DNA of 45,213 nt from Planctomycetota bacterium (GTDB lineage Bacteria > Planctomycetota > SZUA-567 > H5-PLA8). The DNA lies in NCBI GenBank assembly GCA_038227875.1, contig JBBRPR010000066.1:1-45213 (forward strand), in the 5' to 3' direction. A model generated the notes under the pieces. That model worked only from the letters and a program-made list of their open reading frames with translations. It ran no database searches and had not been told where the DNA came from. A program made the translations under genes and the position numbers. This document shows positions 9,801 to 19,677 of this stretch, piece after piece (within the stretch, counting starts at the first letter, position 1; the number at the start of each line of letters is the position of its first letter).

Positions 9801-10242
9801 CGCGAAGACGACCGGCGACGAGACGATCAACGGCGACAGCATCGTGCTGGGGATCCATCCGGCCAATCGCGCGACGGGCAAGGACGACAAGGCGTTCGCG
9901 TATTACTTGAGCTCCGCGTCGCCCGGTGGCGGAAGTGGCGCGAGCACGCTCTTCCGGCCCGCGGCGCACAGCGGCGGGTTGTCGACGGGGAACCTGGCGT
10001 GGAATTCATCGGTGTACGAGATCAACATCCACACCGAAGGCAACAAGACAACGTACGAAGTGCGGATGCCGTGGGGAGAACTCGGCGGGATCAACCCGGC
10101 GTTCGGTTCGAAGTTCGGCCTGTCACTGCTGCTCAACGACAACGACGGCAACGGCCGCGCCGCGAGCATGACGTGGGGCGACGGGTTGGTGACCGGTTGG
10201 GCGCCGTCGAACTTTGGAATTGCGACGCTGGTTGGCGAGTGA
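6823..10242 (+). CDS. Large secreted glycoside hydrolase (clan GH-A-like) with accessory Ig-like/CBM domains and a C-terminal CBM9-like domain
   Basis: GGAGG RBS; signal peptide; WEWLNE acid/base motif, VWDDES candidate nucleophile; NLLKNGDFE CBM-like start; IDGKLDDW...YLYFAAEVIDD CBM9-like. Confidence 0.75.
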   Translation: MIAMRTAKRTLAVLATVATVATLVCPARAADEKPAKPPRPETATLKKSWIDIQPVDTKGLKEGEEFKVTVKYFLDAADNWGDGTVLSLMPLGPWVDCPDGKYATKRQHIMYPGMWGQDAKIEPGAGSHVFTFKVSKLYKYNGILWLAAFKGGDGNNWPWDIRSGGPELVFEDKFFQLTSSKPGSLFVYDEPVELKVEFTDGAVKGETKTLKYKITDTKGAVVKTGEQAITVGAKGESTALKLDIKERGTFLIQAGVDGWGDREALFARIPDVMKITGGARTQFAATNLHTDGTCKIARMLGFTSARLFMDWRAVQPGREQWHFEEWDKILDANKANGIDAWICITNPPVWVLNCPASNVGYEPFPFEEAGWKNSVETMTARWKDKMWGWEWLNEIVPGGKSKTPAEDYAKLCAIGTEAAKRVNPSLKTLMAGGLWPRNFRNDCLKAGMGKDVDVLPVHYSDMGGVLEAMDDLAASHNEKVTVWDDESSHGASTWNMPNSEVMKITSQSQWFLDHFPDELQAGAEKVTFFGGWTDACGNWTCLMDERTPRPLCATLAVMTSKLAGAKPVGKFFLPEQGVFQLFEKDGKSILVASASTDKGEKIELNSGSGSLTITDYQGNETSVAPANGKAALQLSTMPVFVEGGDLDILKSYCTVNVGNGRQIDRFPKTTVIKGLAANVQVSVRNVYAKAIEGTISIGTPEGWPASERASFSLKPGASEHLELPIKLTDAVAAGDYQLKLQVEFKDAALPKTEKPFGLAIISKELVGNLLKNGDFEVAGATETQAAEWGGSKQCTRHPSGGGLGLGKSVLQIEKAENYESIGQGLNLPPGQTYLYSAWVWNQKIGGGSNIIQTMTDGTSRPFYTPAVFMTADSSATWHLYSCKTSAPANLKTIAFVPVMKGPGVALYDNLRVSLYEGTNYAAECHKAKGPIKIDGKLDDWDTRCPIPLLCENQLSPFDKAYKWTPENMSGVAYLNWDEKYLYFAAEVIDDVHVAKTTGDETINGDSIVLGIHPANRATGKDDKAFAYYLSSASPGGGSGASTLFRPAAHSGGLSTGNLAWNSSVYEINIHTEGNKTTYEVRMPWGELGGINPAFGSKFGLSLLLNDNDGNGRAASMTWGDGLVTGWAPSNFGIATLVGE

Positions 10243-10263
10243 AGGAAGGACGAGGACTGAGAA

Positions 10264-10293
10264 CAAAACTCCCCGTTTACGCGGGGAGTTTTG
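10264..10293. terminator. Bidirectional intrinsic terminator between convergent genes
   Basis: CAAAACTCCCCG-tttacg-CGGGGAGTTTTG. Confidence 0.75.
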
Positions 10294-10351
10294 CTATCTA
10301 GTAAGGAAGAGCGAAGCGATGCGCCGTAACCTCAGTCCTCAGTCCTATCTG

Positions 10352-10657
10352 TTAGTTGTGTTCGATTGACCAGTCGGAGATGGAGGCTTGGACGCTGGAG
10401 GGGCCGCGCTGGATTTTGACGGCTTCGATTTCGACGGCGAAGACGCTGGAACTGAAGGCGCGCTGGCCGTCTTCCAGCAAGTCGATGATCTTGACCAGGA
10501 CTTCCGGCTGCGGCGGGGTCAGCGGCCTGCTGGAGCCGTCGAGGAGCAGAATGTCGATGCGCGATTTTGAGTTCTCGACGGTGAGCACCACGCCCTGGGC
10601 TTCTTCGCGCTTGGCGTTCACCAGGATCATCGCCAGAAACATGTCGTGTGCTGCCAT
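10352..10657 (-). CDS. Hypothetical protein, 101 aa, last gene downstream of the suf operon
   Basis: GAGAGG RBS, host-like codon usage; no recognisable motif. Confidence 0.6.
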   Translation of the reverse strand: MAAHDMFLAMILVNAKREEAQGVVLTVENSKSRIDILLLDGSSRPLTPPQPEVLVKIIDLLEDGQRAFSSSVFAVEIEAVKIQRGPSSVQASISDWSIEHN

Positions 10658-10690
10658 GGCTTGATTTACCTCTCACCGCGCACGGACATT

Positions 10691-11236
10691 TCAGGTGGCG
10701 CAGCTCTCGTCGGTTTCCGAATGTCCGCTGCCGGCCTGAAAGGCGACGATGCCGTTCTTGAGCGTCGTCCAAGCCAGCGTAGCGCATTTGACGCGCACGG
10801 AGAACTTGCGCACGCCTTCCAGCGCCTCCAGGTCGGGAACTTCCGCCGGCGGCTCGAAGGGCGCTTCGTTGCGCATCATCGCTTTGAAATGGTCGGCGAT
10901 CTTTCCGGCCTCATCGAGCGATTTTCCGGTGACGGCTTCGGTCATCATCGAGGAGCTGGCGATGCAGATCGCGCAGCCTTTGCCGTCGAAGTGAACGTGA
11001 TCGAGCTTGCCGTCCTTGACGTGCCCGTAAATCGTGACGCGGTCGCCGCAGACGGGATTGTTGCCCTTGGTGACGATCTGGGCGTTCTCGAGCGTGCCCT
11101 TGTTGTGCGGCCGCCGGTAGTGTTCGAAGATGACGTCGCGGTAGAGCGAATCGAGGCCGTGCTCTTCCTGATGGGATTTGGGCCCGTGAGGGGAGGGGGC
11201 GTCGTTGCTGCCGAACTTCTTTTCCTGGTCTTCCAC
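10691..11236 (-). CDS. sufU: SUF-system NifU/IscU-like protein
   Basis: LYRDVIFEHYRRPHN, NPVCGD, GCAICIASSS, RVKCATLAW; GTG start after GGAG. Confidence 0.92.
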   Translation of the reverse strand: MEDQEKKFGSNDAPSPHGPKSHQEEHGLDSLYRDVIFEHYRRPHNKGTLENAQIVTKGNNPVCGDRVTIYGHVKDGKLDHVHFDGKGCAICIASSSMMTEAVTGKSLDEAGKIADHFKAMMRNEAPFEPPAEVPDLEALEGVRKFSVRVKCATLAWTTLKNGIVAFQAGSGHSETDESCAT

Positions 11237-11249
11237 AACTTTTGCTCCA

Positions 11250-11585
11250 CTAATCGTCACGTCTGTACTGGTTCTGATCAGGTCCGAAGTACACTTCTCC
11301 GTCGTCGCCTTGCACTTTCGCTTTCAATCGCTTCGCAATCTCCAGCATCTTGCCGATGATCGGACCGTCGGGATTCTTGGTGTAAATGTTGCCGTCACAC
11401 CAATCCAGCCACGGGTCTTCATACTTAGATTTTCCGGACCACAATGCAAAATATTCTCCGTTGTAGCCCGCCAGCTTCAATTCTGCGTCCGATCTAATGA
11501 GAGCCAACCACTCCTCAACCGAAATCTCGCACCCCTCGTTTTCAAACCAATTCTTCGCTCGCGTAATGTGAAGATCGTACCCCAT
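11250..11585 (-). CDS. Small AT-richer hypothetical protein inside the suf operon
   Basis: MGYDLHITRA...KVQGDDGEVY; GAGG RBS; composition differs from neighbours. Confidence 0.7.
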   Translation of the reverse strand: MGYDLHITRAKNWFENEGCEISVEEWLALIRSDAELKLAGYNGEYFALWSGKSKYEDPWLDWCDGNIYTKNPDGPIIGKMLEIAKRLKAKVQGDDGEVYFGPDQNQYRRDD

Positions 11586-11685
11586 GAATGAGACCCTCAC
11601 TTAAGGTTTTGCAGTCTCTTCACTTTCAATTTCATCAAGGTTAGTGCGTCCAACAATTCAAGCGCCTCTTGAGTTTAGGATCTTT

Positions 11686-13014
11686 CTACTTCGAGCTAAA
11701 CCGTTCCCGCACCTTCTCCAGCGCGTTGACCAGCACGTCGATCTCCCGCTCCGTCGAATACAGCGCGACGCTCATGCGGGCGGTGCTGGCGGCGTCGAGC
11801 ACTTCCATCAGCGGTTGCGCGCAGTGATGTCCGGCGCGGATCGCCACGCCTTCGGCGTCGAGAATGTGCGCGATGTCGTGTGCGTGGATGGAGACGCCGT
11901 TAAGTTCCAGCTCGAACGAGATCGCGCCGGAGCGCAGTTCGACGTCGAGCGGTCCGTGGATCTTCAGGCCTTCGACGGCCTGCAACCGCTTGATTGCGTA
12001 GCGGAGCAGTTCCTTCTCGTGCGCGCGCACTTTTTTCATGCCGGCCTTCGTGAGGTAATCGACGGCGGCGGTCATTCCGGCGGTTTCGGCGATGGGCGGC
12101 GTGCCGGCTTCGAAACGCAGCGGCGGATCCTTGTAGGTCGAGCTGTCGACGCGGACTTCTTCGATCATCTCGCCGCCGCCGAGGAACGGGTTCATCTTTT
12201 CCAGCAGATCGTAACGGCCGTAAAGCACGCCCAGGCCGGTGGGTCCGAGCATCTTGTGCGCGGAGAAGCTGTAGAAATCCACGCCCAGCGCGCGAACGTC
12301 GACGGGTAGATGCGGCGCGGCCTGGCAACCATCGACGGCGAAGAGTGCGCCCGCGGCGTGAACTTTGCGCGCGATCTGCGCGATCGGGTTGATCGTGCCG
12401 AGCACGTTGGATACATGAGTCAGTGCGACAATCTTCACCTTCACCGACGCGAGGTAGCGGTCGAGATCTTCGAGCTTTAACGTACCGTCGGGATTCATGC
12501 CGATGGCGCGGATGGTGCAGCCTTTGTCCTTCGCCAGCAGGTGCCACGGCACCAGATTGCTGTGGTGTTCCATCACGCTGACGATGATCTCGTCGCCGGC
12601 CTTCAGGAATTTGCGGCCGTAGCCGTGCGCGACGAGATTGATTGCTTCTGTTGCGTTCTTGGTCCAGACGATCTCTTCGGCGCGTTCGGCGTTGATGAAT
12701 TTCGCGACCTTGCCGCGCGCGCCTTCGTAAATTTCTGTCGCGCGTTCAGCGAGGACATGGAGACCGCGGTGGACGTTGGCGTTGGCGAATTCGTAGTAAT
12801 GGGTCATCGCATCGATCACCTGCTGCGGCTTCTGCGACGTCGCGGCGGAATCGAGGTAGACCAGTGGCTTGCCGTTGACCTTCTGCTGCAGAATCGGGAA
12901 GTCCGCACGGTAGACGTCTGAATTGAGATCGCAGTCATCGCAGAGATCGCAATTGGGGTTGCCCTCCGCGGTCTTCGCCGGCACGCTGGTCGTCTTGCGC
13001 TCTGCTTTAATCAT
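11686..13014 (-). CDS. sufS: Cysteine desulfurase
   Basis: YLDSAATSQKP, SAHKMLGPTG (PLP Lys), RAGHHCAQP (catalytic Cys). Confidence 0.96.
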   Translation of the reverse strand: MIKAERKTTSVPAKTAEGNPNCDLCDDCDLNSDVYRADFPILQQKVNGKPLVYLDSAATSQKPQQVIDAMTHYYEFANANVHRGLHVLAERATEIYEGARGKVAKFINAERAEEIVWTKNATEAINLVAHGYGRKFLKAGDEIIVSVMEHHSNLVPWHLLAKDKGCTIRAIGMNPDGTLKLEDLDRYLASVKVKIVALTHVSNVLGTINPIAQIARKVHAAGALFAVDGCQAAPHLPVDVRALGVDFYSFSAHKMLGPTGLGVLYGRYDLLEKMNPFLGGGEMIEEVRVDSSTYKDPPLRFEAGTPPIAETAGMTAAVDYLTKAGMKKVRAHEKELLRYAIKRLQAVEGLKIHGPLDVELRSGAISFELELNGVSIHAHDIAHILDAEGVAIRAGHHCAQPLMEVLDAASTARMSVALYSTEREIDVLVNALEKVRERFSSK

Positions 13015-13017
13015 GAT

Positions 13018-13335
13018 TTACAGCTCCACTTCGATATTCTCGCCTTCCACGCGGACGGGGTACGTCTTGACGGGCTTCACGGCCGGCAAGGTCAGCGCCG
13101 CGCCGGTCTTCAAATCGAAATGCGCGCCGTGCCAGGGGCATTCGATCACGCATTTTCCATCCTGAACGATCAATCCGCCATCGGCCAGTGACGCGTCGTC
13201 GTGCGTGCAATAGTCGTCGACCGCCAGCAGCGCGCCATCGCAATTGAAGACGGCGATGCGCTTGCCGTTGAGCACCACGGCTTTGCCCGAGCCGGGCGCC
13301 AGATCCGATTTTGCGAACGCTTTCAAAAAGGGCAT
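13018..13335 (-). CDS. Rieske-type [2Fe-2S] ferredoxin
   Basis: CTH...CPWH motifs. Confidence 0.92.
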   Translation of the reverse strand: MPFLKAFAKSDLAPGSGKAVVLNGKRIAVFNCDGALLAVDDYCTHDDASLADGGLIVQDGKCVIECPWHGAHFDLKTGAALTLPAVKPVKTYPVRVEGENIEVEL

Positions 13336-13368
13336 GCCTTGGTTCTCCGACCTTTAAAATTCCCGAGG

Positions 13369-14679
13369 TTAGAAGCTGCCGATGGATGATGCGACCTGTG
13401 ACCCAGCCTGGTAGGCGATCTTACCGTCGATTTCCTTGCGCAGCGGTTCGGTGACGCTTTCCAAGCCGAAGCGCAGAATGACTTCTTCGAAGAATCCGTC
13501 CATGATCATCTTCTTCGCCGAGAACTCCGTCAGACCGCGCGACATCAGGTAGAAGAGGATGGTCGGATCGATCTGACCGGCGGTCGCGCCGTGGGTGCAG
13601 CGAACGTCGTTGGCCAGGATTTCCAGGCCCGGAATCGAATCGATGCGCGCATCGTCGCTGAGCAGCAGCGTGCGATTCTGCTGGTAGGCGTCGGTCTTCT
13701 GCGCTTCGTTTTCCAGGCGGATCATGCCGCGGTAAACGGCGCGCGCCGTATTGTCGAGCGCGCCCTTGAACATCAGGTCGGTGGTGCAGTCCGGCGCGAT
13801 GTGGTGCTGGTACGTATCGAGATGCAATTTCTGCGAACCCGTGCCGTAGTAGATCCCCGACAGAAACGCGTGCGCTTTCGGTTCCAGCATCACGGTGGAG
13901 ATGAACGTTTTCGCCAGCCGCGAACCGAGATGCGCGCTGACGTAGGTCAGCTTGCTGTCGGCGTACTGGTGAGCGCGGTGTGCGCCGATGTTGACGCCGT
14001 TGGGCCCAATGTTCTGAAGCAGAATGTAGCGCAACTTCGCGCCGCGGCCGAGGATGATCTCGGTCTGCGGGCAGACGAACGACTTGTCGTTGAACTGTTC
14101 CTGCTTCGCTTCGTACGATTCGATCACCGTGGCCGATGCGCCTTCTTCAACGACGATCAGGTTGTGCGGATAGACGCCGTCGCTGCCGGCGCGCGTAAAG
14201 AACCGCGCCTGCATCGGCAGTTCGACTTCTACGCCCTTGGGGACGTGGAAAACGTAGCCGCCTTCCCACAGCACCTGGTTGAGCGCGTGAAATTTGCCGC
14301 CGTTGCCGAACTTGTCTTCCTGGCCGGCGGGGAAGACGGTGGTGTTCCAGTATTTCTCCAGCGCCGGAAGCTGATCCTTGCCGGCCTGTTCGGGCGAACC
14401 CCAGAACACGCCGCGCGATTTGGCTTCGTTGGAGAGCGTGCTTAAAACGCTCAGTCCTTCGGCGTGGCCGCGGACGGTGGCGGCATCGAGATCCAGTTCG
14501 CCGAATTCGACGCGGCGCCAGATTTCATCGCGGCGGCCGGGCATTGGCGCTTCGAGGTAATGCTTGAGCGCTTTGATGCGGCGTTCCGTGAGAAACGCGG
14601 GTTCGCCGGACTTCGACGCATGGCGGCCGATGCCTTCGACGGTCAGTGGTGCGGTGCCTTCTGCTAACTCGATTGACAT
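13369..14679 (-). CDS. sufD: Fe-S assembly protein SufD
   Basis: PGLEILANDVRCTHGATAGQID...FYLMSRG. Confidence 0.93.
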   Translation of the reverse strand: MSIELAEGTAPLTVEGIGRHASKSGEPAFLTERRIKALKHYLEAPMPGRRDEIWRRVEFGELDLDAATVRGHAEGLSVLSTLSNEAKSRGVFWGSPEQAGKDQLPALEKYWNTTVFPAGQEDKFGNGGKFHALNQVLWEGGYVFHVPKGVEVELPMQARFFTRAGSDGVYPHNLIVVEEGASATVIESYEAKQEQFNDKSFVCPQTEIILGRGAKLRYILLQNIGPNGVNIGAHRAHQYADSKLTYVSAHLGSRLAKTFISTVMLEPKAHAFLSGIYYGTGSQKLHLDTYQHHIAPDCTTDLMFKGALDNTARAVYRGMIRLENEAQKTDAYQQNRTLLLSDDARIDSIPGLEILANDVRCTHGATAGQIDPTILFYLMSRGLTEFSAKKMIMDGFFEEVILRFGLESVTEPLRKEIDGKIAYQAGSQVASSIGSF

Positions 14680-14719
14680 TGTTGAAAACTATCCTCTTCT
14701 TCTTCGAGAATCGAACGCG

Positions 14720-15172
14720 TCAGGCCTTCCGTACGCGTTGCAAATCGGTCCGGTTGTCCGCCGAGTCGAAATCCTTCCACACGAGGTACGATTCGCGGCA
14801 TTCGTTGGTACACGGCACATTGCGCCGCTTCACTTCGAGGTTCAGATCGTCCCAGCCCTTGCAAATGGAGTTCATCGAACCAGCGTAGACGGTGCTGATC
14901 ACGTTCACCGCCGCGGCCGTAAAAAATTCGAACTCCCCCGGATCGCCCCTTTTTTCACGCACCGGAACACCAATGCGCAGATCCATTCCTTGATCGTGGA
15001 AGTGGTAGATGAACACTTCCGGACCGGCGAGTTCCAGGTTCAACTCACGCGCCTTGGCGAACACCGCCGGCACCGTCTTCTGCGCGTACGGCGGAATCTC
15101 CGGGACACTGCTGAGCTTCTTGCTGGTGCTCAGCAGGAGCAGCGCGGGGATTTGTTTTTCGGCGACGTCCAT
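14720..15172 (-). CDS. GyrI-like small-molecule-binding protein
   Basis: GPEVFIYH...IGVPV...YAGS...CRESYL pattern; 150 aa. Confidence 0.7.
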   Translation of the reverse strand: MDVAEKQIPALLLLSTSKKLSSVPEIPPYAQKTVPAVFAKARELNLELAGPEVFIYHFHDQGMDLRIGVPVREKRGDPGEFEFFTAAAVNVISTVYAGSMNSICKGWDDLNLEVKRRNVPCTNECRESYLVWKDFDSADNRTDLQRVRKA

Positions 15173-15190
15173 GTGAGCTTCTCGGGCGCT

Positions 15191-16624
15191 TTAGCCCACC
15201 GTGCCTTCCATCTCGAGCTCAATCAACCGGTTCATTTCCACCGCGTATTCCATCGGCAGTTCGCGCACCAGCGGTTCGATGAAGCCGGTGACGATCATCT
15301 TCGCCGCTTCGTCTTCCGTCAGGCCGCGGGACATCAGGTAGAAGAGCTGCTCTTCGCTGATCTTGCTCACCGAGGCTTCGTGCTCGACGCTGACCTTGTC
15401 GGCTTCGACTTCGATATACGGGTACGTATCGCTGCGGCTCTTGTCGTCGAGGATCAGCGCGTCGCAGACCACGCTGCTCTTGGAATTTTCAGCGCCGTCC
15501 ATGATCTTGCACAGCCCGCGGTAACCGGCGCGGCCGCCGTCTTTGCTGATCGACTTCGAGGTGATCAGCGACGAGGTGTTCGGAGCGCAGTGCACGACTT
15601 TCGCGCCGGCGTCCTGATGCTGGCCCTTGCCGGCGAACGCGATCGACAGGATCTCACCGCGGGCGCCGGGTTCCATCATGTAGACGGCCGGGTACTTCAC
15701 GGTCAGCTTGCTGCCGATGTTGCCGTCGATCCATTCCATCGTTGCGTCGCGGTAGGCCACGGCGCGCTTGGTGACGAGATTGTAGACATTCGTCGACCAG
15801 TTCTGAATCGTGGTGTAGCGGCAGCGCCCGCCCTTCTTGACGATGATTTCAACCACCGCCGAATGCAGCGAATCGGAGCTGTACACAGGAGCGGTGCAGC
15901 CTTCGACGTAATGCACGGTCGCGCCTTCATCGACGATGATCATGGTCCGTTCGAACTGGCCCATGTTCTTGGCGTTGATGCGGAAGTAGGCCTGGAGCGG
16001 AATGTTGACGTTCACGCCCTTCGGAACATAGATGAACGAGCCACCAGACCAGACCGCGCTGTTGAGCGCCGAGAACTTGTTGTCGGCGGGCGGAATGATC
16101 GTGCCGAAATATTCCTTCACCATGTCCGGGTGCTTTTGCACGGCTTCTTCCGGCGACAGGAAAAGCACGCCGAGGTCTTCCCACTGGCCCTTGAGGTTGT
16201 GGTAGACGACTTCCGAATCGTACTGCGCGCCGACGCCGCCGAGGAACTTGCGTTCGTCTTCGGGGATGCCGAGCTTGTCGTAGGTGTTCTTGATTTCGTC
16301 GGGCACCATGTCCCACGTGTCGTAGGACTTGTCGGTCGGCTTCAGGTAGTAGGTGATGTTGTCGTAGTCGATGCCGGAAAGATCGCCGCACCACGTCGGG
16401 GTGGGCTTCTTCCAGAAAATCTCGAGAGCGCGGAGGCGGAAATCGCGCATCCACTTGGGTTCGTTCTTCTGTTCGGAGATTTCGACGACCGTGTCGCGGG
16501 TCAGCCCCTTCTTGGTGCGGAAGGTGTGCTTCTCCGTTTCGTGGAAGCCGAACTTGTATTCCTTGACGATCTCTCCCGCGGGATTGACTTCCGAAGCGGC
16601 GGGTTCTCGTTTGATCTCAGACAT
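15191..16624 (-). CDS. sufB: Fe-S assembly protein SufB
   Basis: [39 protein letters not shown] after GGAG. Confidence 0.97.
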   Translation of the reverse strand: MSEIKREPAASEVNPAGEIVKEYKFGFHETEKHTFRTKKGLTRDTVVEISEQKNEPKWMRDFRLRALEIFWKKPTPTWCGDLSGIDYDNITYYLKPTDKSYDTWDMVPDEIKNTYDKLGIPEDERKFLGGVGAQYDSEVVYHNLKGQWEDLGVLFLSPEEAVQKHPDMVKEYFGTIIPPADNKFSALNSAVWSGGSFIYVPKGVNVNIPLQAYFRINAKNMGQFERTMIIVDEGATVHYVEGCTAPVYSSDSLHSAVVEIIVKKGGRCRYTTIQNWSTNVYNLVTKRAVAYRDATMEWIDGNIGSKLTVKYPAVYMMEPGARGEILSIAFAGKGQHQDAGAKVVHCAPNTSSLITSKSISKDGGRAGYRGLCKIMDGAENSKSSVVCDALILDDKSRSDTYPYIEVEADKVSVEHEASVSKISEEQLFYLMSRGLTEDEAAKMIVTGFIEPLVRELPMEYAVEMNRLIELEMEGTVG

Positions 16625-16695
16625 GGTTGTTGCTCCCAAGTTACTGTGCACTTCGATTCAGTTTGAAATTCGATCTCCATCGTCCGACGCCAGCT

Positions 16696-17505
16696 TTACG
16701 CGCTCTTCTTCACGTACGTGGCCTTGATGTAATCGTAGCCCTTCAATTCCAGTTCGTCGACCAGTTCCGGTCCCATGCTGACGCCGATTTTGCCGTCGAC
16801 CAGCAGGTGCGAATGCGTGGGCTTGATGTAGTTGAGCAGGCGTTTGTAATGCGTGATCACCAGCACGCCCATGCCGTGTTCCTTGGCCAGGCGCGCGGCG
16901 CCTTCGCCGACGACCTGGAGCTTGTCCAAGTCGAGGCCCGAATCGGTTTCGTCGAGCATCGCCAGCGTCGGCTGCAGCATCGCCATCTGCAGAATTTCCA
17001 TCTGCTTCTTCTCGCCGCCGGAGAAACCGTCGTTGAGGTAGCGGGTCGCCAGCGTCGGGTCGATCTTCAGCGACTTCATCGCGGCCATCAGCTTCTTCTG
17101 GAATTCCATCACCGAGAAGCCCATTGCCTTGCCGCCGTCTTTATCGGTGGCCTTGACTACCGTGCCGAAAAAGCGGGCCTGGTAGGCAGTGCGCAGGAAG
17201 TTCGCGACCGAGACGCCCGGCACGGAAATCGGCGCCTGGAACGCGAGGAACACACCCGCGCGTGCGCGCGCGTCGGCTTCCATCGCCAGCAGATCGGCGC
17301 CGTCGACGAAGATGCGGCCCTGCGTAATCTTGTAGTTCGGATGTCCCGCGATCGCGTACGCCAGCGTGCTTTTGCCCGTGCCGTTCTGGCCGAGCAGCAC
17401 ATGGACTTCGCCGCGGTTGAGGGTCAGGTTCAACCCCTTCAGGATCGGCTTGTCAGCCACGTTGACGTGCAGGTCTTCGATGACCAATAACGGCTTGTCG
17501 CTCAT
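16696..17505 (-). CDS. sufC: Fe-S assembly ATPase SufC
   Basis: GQNGTGKST, GFSGGEKK, LDETDSGLD, VITHY. Confidence 0.96.
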   Translation of the reverse strand: MSDKPLLVIEDLHVNVADKPILKGLNLTLNRGEVHVLLGQNGTGKSTLAYAIAGHPNYKITQGRIFVDGADLLAMEADARARAGVFLAFQAPISVPGVSVANFLRTAYQARFFGTVVKATDKDGGKAMGFSVMEFQKKLMAAMKSLKIDPTLATRYLNDGFSGGEKKQMEILQMAMLQPTLAMLDETDSGLDLDKLQVVGEGAARLAKEHGMGVLVITHYKRLLNYIKPTHSHLLVDGKIGVSMGPELVDELELKGYDYIKATYVKKSA

Positions 17506-17568
17506 GTTCTCTCCAACTCCCCTTGTTCTTGTCCGCTACTTAGCTCAACTGTGATCGGGTAAATGGGC

Positions 17569-18084
17569 TCAACTGTGATTGGCAATGGTTTGAGCGGTCG
17601 AGCCGCCTTCATTGCCATTGCCCCCTGCTAATGCTACGCCAGCGCCACTGGCCTTGGCGGTAATCCACTGAGCATCGGTGGCACTGTGATTGACAATGTC
17701 CTGCAGTGAAACTTTCTCCAGCACTTCGTTCATCTTCTTTTCGGCTTCGCAGAAGGTGGCAACAATCAGGCACTTGGGTCCGAGTTTGCAGTGCTTGGTG
17801 ACGGCATTGCATTCGTACATGGACGAACTGCCTTCGAAGACCATGGCGATGTCGCGGAGCGTAATCTGAGCCGGGCTGCGGCTGAGCATATATCCGCCAC
17901 GTGAACCGCGGTGCGAACGGAGCAATCCGGACTTCACCAGCTGCTGAAAGATCTTGGCGAGGTACGAGACCGAAACATGCTGCGCCTGCGCGACCTGCTC
18001 CACGGAGAAGTCGGTGATCTCTCCATGCGCGGCCATGTAGAACAGGCTGTCGATAGCCAATTCGGTGCTCTGCGAATATTTCAT
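17569..18084 (-). CDS. Rrf2-family regulator with three Cys, probably Fe-S binding
   Basis: SYLAKIFQQL...SHRGSRGGY; C-x6-C-x5-C; first gene of the suf operon. Confidence 0.9.
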   Translation of the reverse strand: MKYSQSTELAIDSLFYMAAHGEITDFSVEQVAQAQHVSVSYLAKIFQQLVKSGLLRSHRGSRGGYMLSRSPAQITLRDIAMVFEGSSSMYECNAVTKHCKLGPKCLIVATFCEAEKKMNEVLEKVSLQDIVNHSATDAQWITAKASGAGVALAGGNGNEGGSTAQTIANHS

Positions 18085-18125
18085 GTGAACCTCTAGCCAA
18101 CCGAAATAACTACCCCACGCCTACA

Positions 18126-18175
18126 TTTATAGAGCTTCAGTTTCACTCGTCAAGACAATTACGACAATAGTTGTC
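18126..18175 (-). promoter_or_regulatory. Sigma70-like promoter with adjacent palindrome (putative Rrf2 operator)
   Basis: TTGACG (18153-18148), 16 nt, TATAAA (18131-18126); near-palindrome GACAATAGTTGTC at 18163-18175. Confidence 0.55.
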
Positions 18176-18273
18176 CGCGATTAGCGGAATTGGGAATTTG
18201 ATAGGTAGGGCACGTGTGCGGTAGCGCGCGTACCTCAAAGTGACTCGGACCAATTGGTCCGAGTCACTCGACG

Positions 18274-19677
18274 TTAGAACGTTGCATTCCCCGGCGTGCG
18301 CGGGAAGGGGATGGCGTCGCGAATGTTCTGAATGCCTGTCGCATAGACCACGGTCCGTTCGAAACCCAAGCCGAAGCCCGCATGCGGAACCGTGCCGTAG
18401 CGGCGCAGGTCGCGGTACCACCAGTACGCGGCGGGGTCGAGATGCATCTCCTTCAGGCGCTTGTCGAGCATGTCCAGGCGTTCTTCGCGCTGGGAGCCGC
18501 CGATGATTTCGCCGATGCCCGGCGCCAGCACGTCCATCGCGGCGACGGTTTTGCCGTCGTCGTTCTGGCGCATGTAGAAGGCTTTAATTTCCTTCGGGTA
18601 GTTCATCACCACAACCGGGCGCTTGAAGTGTTCCTCGGTCAGGTACCGTTCGTGTTCCGACTGCATGTCGATGCCCCACTTCACGGGGAACTCGAACTTC
18701 TTCCCGCATTTCTCGAGGATCGCGATGGCTTCCGTGTAGTCGATGCGTTCGAAACTGGCCTCGACGAATTTCTCCAGACGCGTGACGCATTCCTTGTCGA
18801 CGCGTTCGACGAAGAACTTCAAGTCGTCCTGGCGTTCGTTGAGCAGCGCTTTGAAAATGTACTTCAGGAAGTCTTCGGCCAAATCGGCGTCGGCGGCGAG
18901 ATCGTTGAACGCCACTTCCGGCTCGATCATCCAGAATTCCGCGAGGTGCCGGCTGGTGTTGCTGTTCTCGGCGCGGAAGGTTGGTCCAAACGTGTAGACC
19001 TTCGAGAGCGCCATGCAGTAGGTCTCGACGTTGAGCTGCCCGGAGACGGTGAGGTACGCAGGCTTGCCGAAGAAGTCCTGCTTGTAATCGATCTCCTTGG
19101 TCTCCGGCACGCGCGGCGGGTTGTTGAGGTCCAGCGTCGAGACTTTGAACATCTGCCCCGCGCCTTCGCAGTCGCTGGCGGTGATGATCGGCGTGTGGAC
19201 CCAGAAGAATCCATGTTCATGAAAGTAGCGGTGCACCGCCATGCTCAGGCAATGCCGCACGCGCGCGACGGCGCCGAAGGTGTTCGTGCGCGAACGGAGA
19301 TGCGCAACTTCGCGGAGGTATTCGAAGCTGTGTTTCTTCGGCTGGATCGGGTAGGTCTCCGGGTCTTCGACCCAGCCGACCACTTCGATGCTCGACGCCT
19401 GAATCTCGACTGACTGCCCCTTCGCCGGCGACTGGATCAGCTCACCATGCGCGATGACGGCGCAACTGGAGGTGAGCTTCTGAATCTCGCTGGCGTAATT
19501 GCTGAGCGTGCTGGGCGCGACGACCTGGATGGGGTCGAAGCAGGAGCCGTCGGTGACGTGAACGAAGGAGACGCCGGCCTTGCTGTCGCGGCGGGTGCGG
19601 ACCCAGCCCTTGACGGTGACGGACGTCCCGACGGGAATCTTGTTGGCGAGGGCATCAGCAATGCGAATCGTGGTCAT
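18274..19677 (-). CDS. asnS: Asparagine--tRNA ligase
   Basis: [43 protein letters not shown]. Confidence 0.97.
   Translation of the reverse strand: MTTIRIADALANKIPVGTSVTVKGWVRTRRDSKAGVSFVHVTDGSCFDPIQVVAPSTLSNYASEIQKLTSSCAVIAHGELIQSPAKGQSVEIQASSIEVVGWVEDPETYPIQPKKHSFEYLREVAHLRSRTNTFGAVARVRHCLSMAVHRYFHEHGFFWVHTPIITASDCEGAGQMFKVSTLDLNNPPRVPETKEIDYKQDFFGKPAYLTVSGQLNVETYCMALSKVYTFGPTFRAENSNTSRHLAEFWMIEPEVAFNDLAADADLAEDFLKYIFKALLNERQDDLKFFVERVDKECVTRLEKFVEASFERIDYTEAIAILEKCGKKFEFPVKWGIDMQSEHERYLTEEHFKRPVVVMNYPKEIKAFYMRQNDDGKTVAAMDVLAPGIGEIIGGSQREERLDMLDKRLKEMHLDPAAYWWYRDLRRYGTVPHAGFGLGFERTVVYATGIQNIRDAIPFPRTPGNATF

Noticed and set aside
14564..16666. 700-aa plus-strand ORF, and similar ones such as 29708..32335 and 8584..9969
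   Set aside because: Antisense shadows of well-supported genes in GC-rich DNA
17543..17579. 13-bp direct repeat GCTCAACTGTGAT at the Rrf2 stop
   Set aside because: Only 11 bp between copies; probably a small local duplication
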